Shown: one piece after another, positions 60,901 to 64,000 of the stretch
How the letters are laid out: each line of letters opens with the position of its first letter
Position numbering within the stretch: position 1 is the first letter of the stretch
NCBI RefSeq assembly: GCF_006345805.1
Contig: NC_042997.1
Span: 202,430,001-202,494,000 of the forward strand
DNA from: Octopus sinensis
Taxonomy: Eukaryota
Length of the DNA: 64,000 nt
Direction: 5' to 3'
Translations under genes and position numbers: made by a program
Notes under the pieces: model-generated
What the model was told of the DNA's origin: nothing
Databases searched by the model: none
The model's input: only the letters and a program-made list of their open reading frames with translations

Positions 60901-62139
60901 CCCCCAGTGCTACCTTTGCAGACCATCAGGGGTCCACAGACCCCAAGTTGGGAACTACTGATCTAGTACTTTACACCTACCTGAGATCAACCACAATACA
61001 GTACTATCACATACGCATACATACCTGATACCAGCCATATGGTTACATGCACATTACATGAGAACAATCTTATATCTGCAAGCACAAACGTTACTTAATA
61101 CCATTCTCACACACACACACACACACACACACACAAATTCTGCATTGCATTATGGGAAAAAAATAGCAGCCAGGTAATCTACACTTACCAACACCCTGCA
61201 CCTACTGGTACCTTCTGTCTCATTGTTCTCTGTCTCTTCTACTGCTACTACAATGGTTTCAGTTTGCTGTGTTTGTGCAATCTTTCCTAAACTCGTACAG
61301 TGCACGTCTCTCTCTCTCTATCTCTCTCTCCTCTACCTGTCATTGTGTCATCTCCTGCCTGACAACCCATACTTTTCACTTCCTCTCAACCTCGACACTC
61401 TAAAAGCCACACCATGCTTTACACCCTGTTAAGCTACCACAATAATCTTATCTTTAACAAAATCTTGTTATCCCAAAAGTCATGTAACATAAAGTAGAGG
61501 AAAATTCTCAGTATTTATGATGGGCTGAAATTTGGTATCAATTTCTAATTGGAGCAATTTTCTTGTTAATTATATATATCGGCAAATGTATAAATGTCAC
61601 ACATTCTAATGTTAACAACTGAAATCTCGTTCAGATATTGCTATCTTTCAGTCTAAGGAGGTGTTTGGGGATTTTTAAAGTCAGTCAGCAGTGATCTTAC
61701 TCCATCTCAGTTTAATAAATTTGTTAAGTCATTATCTAATCTACTTCTGCATCTTGCTGACTGTTTTTCTTGTTTCTTTTGCAGCGCTCGCCGCCCTGAT
61801 CTTGTCCGTGCAACGCGACACGATGGCCATGAAAGCCAGCAGTTACTTTCACCCAGCATGAGAGCTGGTGCCAAAGACAATGCTTACACTCACCTCCGTA
61901 AATCGACCGGCCCCATGGGTGGAGTCAGTCTGCCCGGACTCGGTCCCGAACGCCACTTCATGGACTCTGCATCACCCTCTTCCAACACTCCGTCACGAAA
62001 CACACTGGAAACTGACTATGCCATTCCTGCGATTCCAGATCCTGATTATGAAGATTTCCCGCCACCGCCACCCCACCTTGAAGACCCCTACATGATGGTT
62101 TCGACTCCAAAATTAGCTTCTTTTAGGTCCAAAGTATGA
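4286..62139 (+). CDS. Spliced, 5'-partial non-classical cadherin-superfamily gene: 16 exons in window, about 805 aa (half EC + 5 EC repeats + TM + cytoplasmic tail)
   Basis: Manual exon chaining: every exon has a polypyrimidine/AG acceptor and GT donor, and phases match at all 15 junctions. The joined frame is open to TGA at 62137-62139. It contains cadherin motifs LDRE, DGG, DxNDNxP and DxD, 15 N-glycosylation sequons, and one hydrophobic TM segment. No EGF/LamG domains and no recognisable catenin-binding domain, so no gene symbol is assigned. Confidence 0.93.
7119..7523. repeat. Fold-back element: ~190-bp inverted arms around a 20-nt loop
   Basis: caaggatatccagaggtaatgcag ... aatctccaaga [7311-7330] tcttggagatt ... 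ctgcattacctctggatatccttg. Confidence 0.88.
8627..9031 (-). mobile_element. Dimeric SINE family 1 (full copy + headless copy)
   Basis: Junction aagaaatag|gtatttcgtctg; candidate TSD atttacatacatcta (8612-8626) / atttatatacatata (9032-9046), 13/15 identical. Confidence 0.75.
10361..10501 (+). CDS. Cadherin exon B: VQDGGDPQLNGTCSAIVSVEDVNDNDPVFEQPQYNAAVREEAPPYQS
   Basis: tatttttcAG acceptor, GTAAGT donor; DGG and DVNDNDP motifs; 141 nt, phase 0 to 0. Confidence 0.95.
12401..15470 (-). mobile_element. CR1-clade LINE, about 3 kb, frameshifted: partial ORF1, APE endonuclease + reverse transcriptase ORF2, (ATT)n tail
   Basis: ORF1-like GRPGPKPRLIKLSF (15024..15446). APE motifs SLNARSL, VTETW, FRKDRTNRRGGGV, VYRPP, GDFNHP and GDSDH. 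RT motifs NYRPVSLTS, QYGF, GVPQGSVLGP and KYADD. C-terminal FFTLRVAEAWNKLP. Tail (aat)n at 12401-12421 on +. Confidence 0.95.
15598..15982 (-). mobile_element. Non-autonomous Helitron, different family; a 3'-end fragment of a similar element lies near 5101-5140
   Basis: Minus strand A|TCtttatataag start and gatactgCTAG|T end, with an internal tandem subrepeat. Confidence 0.65.
17530..17893 (+). mobile_element. Non-autonomous Helitron (copy 1, collapsed 3' hairpin)
   Basis: A|TCtctatatatataaa start and CTAG|T end; near-identical to 34033..34386. Confidence 0.8.
17965..18415 (-). mobile_element. tRNA-derived SINE family 2 with internal (TA)n. Other copies at 28932-29327 (-), 54006-54375 (-), 31410-31790, 35016-35915 (split), 45225-45580, 48718-49070
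   Basis: Head ggcgcaggagtggctgtgtggtaagtagc...gggttcagtc(c/t)cactgcg; tail ggccgcagtcaaatgactgaaacaagtaaaagag. Confidence 0.88.
18562..18649 (+). CDS. Cadherin exon C: VLRVRCLDKDERSNIRYQLLTIDSLFALN
   Basis: ttcttttgtAG acceptor, GTAAAA donor; DKD motif; 88 nt, phase 0 to 1. Confidence 0.9.
19945..20071 (+). CDS. Cadherin exon D: (A)ETGVLETIVRLDHETHPGSYQLYAECTDGGDFPRYSSPVIL
   Basis: tacttccAG acceptor, GTAAGT donor; LDHE and DGG motifs; 127 nt, phase 1 to 2. Confidence 0.93.
21883..22043 (+). CDS. Cadherin exon E: (N)VTVEDMNDNRPTFINETYHAQLYTNATIGRHIASLSATDKDKGQNGEISYYII
   Basis: ttttcctctAG acceptor, GTAATT donor; DMNDNRP and ATDKD motifs; 161 nt, phase 2 to 1; overlaps ORF 21845..22051. 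Confidence 0.95.
22460..22650 (-). mobile_element. Old RTE-like LINE C-terminal fragment
   Basis: Degenerate G-x-R-x-x-G-R-P-K-K-x-W-like coding remnant, underlying ORF 22478..22672. Confidence 0.45.
22767..23062. mobile_element. Probable solo LTR (CpG-rich) inserted in a degenerate hAT MITE (22650..23124)
   Basis: Termini tattg (for TGTTG) ... caaca; flanks aaatat / aaatct; host TIRs taatggttctcaacc / gttcagaacaactg. Confidence 0.5.
23336..23877. mobile_element. Tc1/mariner-type MITE containing a hammerhead-bearing insertion
   Basis: 29-bp TIRs cggggtggcccaaaagtaggtttacagtt / aactgtaaaccttcttttgggccaccctg (2 mismatches); TA on the right flank, CA on the left. Confidence 0.85.
23588..23633 (-). 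ncRNA. Type I hammerhead ribozyme motif, near-intact, C3-G8 core
   Basis: Minus strand reads CCUGGA-CUGAUGA-C GGG caaaa CCC A-GAA-ACAUGCAUGU-C-UUCAGG: 6-bp stem I, palindromic stem III, GUC cleavage triplet. Confidence 0.85.
24046..24197 (+). CDS. Cadherin exon F: (G)GDPFEEFELNPKSGLLTTKVSFQDRLSGSRMLFVEAKDGGYPDALSDVAK
   Basis: ttctttgaAG acceptor, GTAAAT donor; F-x-L-N-P-x-S-G and AKDGG motifs; 152 nt, phase 1 to 0. Confidence 0.9.
24968..25756. mobile_element. piggyBac-type MITE with nested SINE and RTE-end insertions
   Basis: TTAA|ccctttagcatt ... aatgctaaaggg|TTAA. Confidence 0.72.
24993..25395 (-). mobile_element. tRNA-derived SINE (third family, CpG-rich and young) ending in (CAA/CAC)n; related head at 32020-32320 (+)
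   Basis: A-box tggcccaatggttag, B-box ggtttcgattcc; the 32 kb copy shares the head and centre but has a different 3' tail. Confidence 0.8.
26536..26728 (+). CDS. Cadherin exon G: VHIEVIQLNQHAPKFTLSVFRANVTEEKVIRKFLQLRASDEDPDDKIAYHLLSSSNAESTVNWT
   Basis: tctatttcAG acceptor, GTAAAC donor; ASDED motif; 193 nt, phase 0 to 1. Confidence 0.9.
26752..26969. mobile_element. piggyBac-type MITE starting 24 nt after the exon G donor
   Basis: TTAA|ccctttagc ... gctaaagag|TTAA. Confidence 0.75.
27995..28310 (+). mobile_element. RTE 3'-end short copy (representative). Similar copies on + near 6805-7015, 33110-33475, 35450-35700, 39290-39470, 55650-55870; on - near 20778-21060, 27775-27880, 56540-56790, 58060-58220
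   Basis: Shared ...ggcgttaggaagggcatccagctgtagaaac...ccaacccatgc(t/c)agcatggaaa...gacgttaaacgatgatgatg sequence. Confidence 0.8.
28575..28795 (+). CDS. Cadherin exon H: (D)YFSISSSGWISVKNKIDRDTLNISQASLTVYAVDNGLPPKTGSTLLLVNISDINDNIPDFVGYNMTYVIEIPQ
   Basis: gttatttcAG acceptor, GTAAGT donor; IDRD, AVDNG and DINDNIP motifs; 221 nt, phase 1 to 0; inside ORF 28535..28885. Confidence 0.95.
30855..31079 (+). CDS. Cadherin exon I: NTQGNKEWWLPEALDPDEGQNAKVKYSVQFVPNEDPEMTALFDEVFSVSKDLRKLIIKKPLPTSSWRPENFSVAL
   Basis: atttttacAG acceptor, GTAAGT donor; ALDPDEGQNA motif; 225 nt, phase 0 to 0; inside ORF 30696..31124. Confidence 0.92.
32575..32701 (+). CDS. Cadherin exon J: LSYRARNVAPLEKATKQSGRDEIYIRVKMISNNTNFYQPHFI
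   Basis: tctttgttcAG acceptor, GTAAGT donor; 127 nt, phase 0 to 1. The nearby tacAG acceptor at 32585 gives an early stop, so 32575 is preferred. Confidence 0.82.
33757..33893 (+). CDS. Cadherin exon K: (G)VTDPLILSISENTSIGANLFQFTAIDGDKGSSENITYSMQTNSAK
   Basis: tttttccAG acceptor, GTGAGT donor; SISEN and AIDGD motifs; 137 nt, phase 1 to 0. Confidence 0.93.
34033..34386 (+). mobile_element. Non-autonomous Helitron (copy 2, intact 3' hairpin)
   Basis: A|TC start and CTAG|T end; perfect 19-bp stem actagcactatgacccagc-gtt-gctgggtcatagtgctagt (34347-34387). Confidence 0.85.
34934..34969 (-). ncRNA. Minimal type I hammerhead-like motif with variant core CUGUAGA
   Basis: Minus strand reads CUUU-CUGUAGA-A-GAGC guag GCUC-GAA-ACGU-A-AAAG: stems I and II perfect, palindromic stem III; A6 replaced by U. 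Confidence 0.65.
36267..36397 (+). CDS. Cadherin exon L: TKWLFELNKQTGSLQLQNAIQENDIGNYTLWVIASDNDVIPKT
   Basis: ttgatttcAG acceptor, GTCAGT donor; F-x-L-N-x-x-T-G and ASDND motifs; 131 nt, phase 0 to 2. Confidence 0.9.
36503..36573 (+). CDS. Cadherin exon M: (K)SLFVWIEIIELREVAVTLAPPTL
   Basis: ggtcaacAG acceptor after a 105-nt intron, GTAAGT donor; alternating hydrophobic G-strand; 71 nt, phase 2 to 1. Confidence 0.87.
36670..37955 (+). mobile_element. RTE-clade LINE 3' fragment with its 3' UTR ending ...gacgttaaatgataatgatg
   Basis: Manual translation gives GLRINLAKTKIL, FCYLGD, KGRLYDAC, RLERNEASML, WYGHVM and CGRGKPRKTW, with stops and frameshifts. Confidence 0.88.
38374..38451 (+). repeat. 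13-bp minisatellite (a/g)a(t/c)ttatgttaat x6
   Basis: Six consecutive units counted directly. Confidence 0.9.
38455..38600 (+). mobile_element. tRNA-headed SINE with conserved central domain. Related - strand copies near 4600-4800, 9280-9460, 10690-10815, 50990-51270
   Basis: ggctcagtggttagg A-box, ttcgattcc B-box, gtccttaaacaagacactttatttcactttgct central segment. Confidence 0.6.
38762..38804 (-). ncRNA. Hammerhead motif, antisense member of an inverted pair (3-nt deletion at cleavage site/stem I)
   Basis: Minus strand reads GACAC-CUGAUGA-A-GGCUG(g agaauaua u)CAGCU-GAAACGU-GUU; lacks three bases relative to the + copy. Confidence 0.7.
38912..38957 (+). ncRNA. Hammerhead motif, sense member of an inverted pair, catalytic G12 mutated
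   Basis: GACAC-CUGAUGA-A-GGCUG(g aguguaua u)CAGUC-AAAACUU-U-GUGUU; GAAACGU has become AAAACUU. Confidence 0.65.
39601..39715 (+). CDS. Cadherin exon N, transmembrane: (D)SYGWSTITIPFPILTGAAAGVLLVVFSLLGLLICQCK
   Basis: tctgttgcAG acceptor, GTAATC donor; about 25-residue hydrophobic helix followed by CQCK; 115 nt, phase 1 to 2. Confidence 0.93.
41010..41460 (+). mobile_element. SINE family 1 inserted inside another family-1 SINE
   Basis: Inner copy 41074..41308 flanked by a perfect 15-bp TSD gtatttcacctgact (41059-41073, 41309-41323). Confidence 0.88.
41463..41537 (+). repeat. (TAT)n microsatellite
   Basis: Direct reading; source of the poly-Tyr, poly-Ile and poly-Asn ORFs. Confidence 0.95.
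43764..43799 (-). ncRNA. Minimal type I hammerhead motif with U3-A8 core (copy 1)
   Basis: Minus strand reads CAG-UUGAAAA-AGUCA caa UGACU-GAA-ACUGGU-A-CUG; 5-bp stem II, GUA triplet. Confidence 0.65.
44068..44103 (-). ncRNA. Minimal type I hammerhead motif with U3-A8 core (copy 2, in the 304-bp duplication)
   Basis: Identical to 43764..43799 at +304. Confidence 0.6.
46091..46730 (+). repeat. Direct tandem duplication, period 319 bp, bounded by (TA)n
   Basis: cttgggtgaaacactg at 46091 and 46410; duplicated ORFs 46233 and 46552 share the same translation. Confidence 0.92.
46885..46969 (-). ncRNA. Type I hammerhead ribozyme motif, intact core, long stem II loop (antisense copy)
   Basis: Minus strand reads UCGG-CUGAUGA-GUACGAG-[44 nt]-CUUGUAC-GAA-ACAAUUGU-A-CCGA. 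Confidence 0.88.
47279..47363 (+). ncRNA. Type I hammerhead ribozyme motif, intact core, on the cadherin pre-mRNA strand
   Basis: UCGG-CUGAUGA(47283-47289)-GUACGAG-[44 nt]-CUCGUAC-GAA-ACAAUUGU-A(47359)-CCAA; perfect 7-bp stem II, one C.A mismatch in stem I; predicted cleavage between 47359 and 47360. Confidence 0.88.
47871..48523 (+). mobile_element. Probable solo LTR with promoter-like motifs, split by a SINE
   Basis: Starts TGTAG; candidate TTACA ends at 48504 or 48523; AATAAA near 48404; CpG-rich; no convincing TSD found. Confidence 0.4.
48099..48316 (+). mobile_element. tRNA-derived SINE family 1 with 10-bp TSD. Other copies near 130-350, 5455-5685, 24500-24700, 28310-28520, 29923-30127, 30505-30715, 40620-40830 (-), 58975-59165 (-), 59230-59410
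   Basis: A-box-like gagctggcagaatcgttagca, B-box-like gggttcaaattcc, tail ccccttgtggatagtaaagagataa; TSD gattggctca at 48089-48098 and 48317-48326. Confidence 0.88.
49543..49626 (+). CDS. Cadherin exon O, juxtamembrane cytoplasmic: (R)RTQRRPRQMPPEEDQYHEAIHDKHSLP
   Basis: gtatttcAG acceptor, GTAAGT donor; basic stop-transfer cluster follows the TM in frame; 84 nt, phase 2 to 2. Confidence 0.85.
49948..49988 (-). ncRNA. Type I hammerhead ribozyme motif with U3-A8 core
   Basis: Minus strand reads CUGCA-UUGAUAA-AGGG caacaa CCCU-GAA-ACAUGU-C-UGCAG: perfect 5-bp stem I, 4-bp stem II, palindromic stem III, GUC triplet. Confidence 0.82.
53160..53850 (-). mobile_element. RTE 3' fragment interrupted by a family-1 SINE
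   Basis: Same 3' UTR/(GAT)n tail and GRGRPRK-type C-terminus as 36670..37955; SINE 53247..53478 flanked by gggatctgtccaaa (53233-53246) and gggagctgtccaaa (53479-53492). Confidence 0.8.
59553..60960. mobile_element. hAT-type MITE hosting the Penelope insertion
   Basis: TIRs cagtggttcccaaac / gttgggaactactg; 8-bp flanks atgtagta (59545-59552) and atctagta (60961-60968), 7/8 identical. Confidence 0.8.
59660..60790 (-). mobile_element. Penelope-like retroelement, 5'-truncated and degenerate: RT C-terminus + GIY-YIG endonuclease + 3' region with half hammerhead
   Basis: ORF 60389..60802 has WLRYVDD, MEKEKDNQLAFLDV and YCKPTFTGRYLNFNSHHP. ORF 60068..60361 has LPYVKGLSEKI and CMYSIPCSYGRLYKGE (GIY-YIG-like). 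The 3' end has GACAC-CUGAUGA at 59718-59729 and matches the 38.7-39.0 kb modules. Confidence 0.92.
61785..62139 (+). CDS. Cadherin terminal exon P: (H)ARRPDLVRAT...TDYAIPAIPDPDYEDFPPPPPHLEDPYMMVSTPKLASFRSKV*
   Basis: long polypyrimidine tract tttcttgtttcttttgcAG; phase 2 joins exon O in frame; GC-richer coding-like sequence; contains ORF 61858..62139; TGA then TAA. Confidence 0.88.
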
Positions 62140-62349
62140 TAACCTGTACATAGAAGCATCTCGTAAGATATTTCAGCTGGAACACTTTCATATCAAAACA
62201 ATGTTAAGAAACCAAAGAGTTTCTTTCCTATAGCTCTACATATGGATAAACTGTCTGTAACACACTCACACACCCTTGAAAGTGTTGCATATGTATGTCT
62301 CTTGGGATGTGTGTCCCTTTCTTTCCAACCCTATCTCTTCTCTATCACA

Positions 62350-62419
62350 TATACACACACACACATGTATATGTGTATGTGTATACTTTCTCATACATGC
62401 TTTCAAGCATCTGTATGTG

Positions 62420-62469
<50 letters not shown>

Positions 62470-62775
62470 TATACATATGATATTTATATATACACACACA
62501 CATATATATATATACATATATGTATGTGTGCATGTATGTATATTTATATAATATATATATATATATATACATGTATAATATATGTATATACATGTATAAT
62601 ATTTGTATATACATGTATATGTATATATATATACATGTATAATATATGAAAGTATATATATATATGCATTATATATATATATACATACATATACCTACAC
62701 ATATATACATACATATATATATACATGTATATACATACACATATACATGCATTTATATATATATATATATATACT
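62350..62775 (+). repeat. Compound (TA)/(CA)/(TG) low-complexity tract in the presumed 3' UTR
   Basis: Direct reading; begins about 210 nt after the cadherin stop. Confidence 0.85.
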
Positions 62776-63013
62776 ACCTCTATCTCATGTATCTAGCTGT
62801 ATATAAATAACCAACTTCTTTAAGTTTGCTCTCTGCTTCCAACTCTGACTTTAATTATTTCCATTTCCAATGTAAGTGGGTTAAACATTGCCCTAGTCTT
62901 CTGATTTTTTTTGTTCAGTTGTCTATCTCCATGAGATGCTATACAAAAAAAAAAGAAAAAAAACCAAAAAGCAAAGTATCATTTCCTGTTGTCTCTCTCT
63001 GAACAAGTTGTGC

Positions 63014-63116
63014 AATAAACAAAACAGAGACAATATTCCATTTTCTTTAGAATTGATGTTAGGGTTCTAAAAGTTAAGGTGCTCATTAGTCTTTTCTCAA
63101 TACCTTATTAAATAAA
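63014..63116 (+). promoter_or_regulatory. Candidate polyadenylation signals for the cadherin 3' UTR
   Basis: AATAAA at 63014-63019 and 63111-63116 (the latter overlapping ATTAAA), about 0.9-1 kb after the stop; such hexamers are common in AT-rich DNA. Confidence 0.3.
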
Positions 63117-64000
63117 GCCTCAAGTTATAGAGTGTAACAGGGGACTCATAATGTATACCATTACATGCATATAAGATAAATGAAATATTCTCTTGTTGAA
63201 ATCAGAATACACTGATGAGTGGGTTAGATAAAGCTCATCTTTTTTATCTACGGTGTATTTCAAATTTTTTTCTGATAATAAATTAAAAGAATGTCTAAAA
63301 GAAAACCAGAAGCATGTACACATGAGCAGGTAACAACAATCTAAATGGATAAATGAGCAGAAATAATTTAGTGGATATTCATGCATTGAAAATATTTTAA
63401 ATAACTGTAATATTTTTAATGCAAATTCATTTCAATACCACCCTTTACTTTGCTCAAATTCTCATTAAATAATTCTTAATTGTTATTAGTTGTTAACAAC
63501 TTGTGCATTTGGTATAAGAATACAATTCAAAAATATCACCTTAGAATGGGAGGCTTGTTGAAACTTTGTAATTCTTCAAAAAATATATATGCTGTTCTCT
63601 ATTCAGACATGATTTTTATTGATGTTTTTAAATGATAGTATTGAAATACTAAACTGTATCAATATTTGGTTGAATATCCACAATCACAAGCTATGGTATT
63701 GCCAATATGTTTTGTATTTGATAGAACAGCACTCGACAAAGTTTTAAACTCAAAAACAATAATAACCTATAATTTTATAATTAATACCTGCTGATCTCAT
63801 TTGTTAATGAACTACAATTAATTCTAACCAGAAATTTACAATGAATTATTGTATGTAATATTAGTTAAGATTATAAATTTTCCAAAAACTAATAATCTCA
63901 TCTTTAGAGTGTATATTTAGAATATTTATATCTACTCTACATTTAAACCAGTCTAATATCCGTATGTCATCAAATATCTTATTCCTGGTCAACATGTATT

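Overview
AT-rich, microsatellite- and SINE-dense eukaryotic genomic DNA. I infer an octopod/coleoid cephalopod source from my recollection of the repeat families, not from a search. The window holds the 3' part of one large intron-rich cadherin-superfamily gene on the + strand. I reconstructed 16 coding exons by hand (4286..62139, all GT-AG, all phases compatible, 2420 nt, about 805 aa). They encode half of one extracellular cadherin (EC) repeat, five further EC repeats, a transmembrane (TM) helix and a ~146-aa tail with a DFPPPPP Ena/VASP-type motif, several Tyr motifs and a C-terminal S-K-V PDZ ligand. The start of the gene lies upstream of the window. The introns carry a CR1 LINE, RTE fragments, a Penelope-like element, non-autonomous Helitrons, Tc1/mariner, hAT and piggyBac MITEs, probable solo LTRs and several tRNA-derived SINE families. 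The most unusual signal is a set of ten type I hammerhead-ribozyme motifs from several unrelated sequence families. They include C3-G8 versus U3-A8 core covariation. All solitary copies are antisense to the cadherin, and the only two sense copies each sit in an inverted pair with their own complement. No structure, alignment or database tool was run; all folds and translations are manual.
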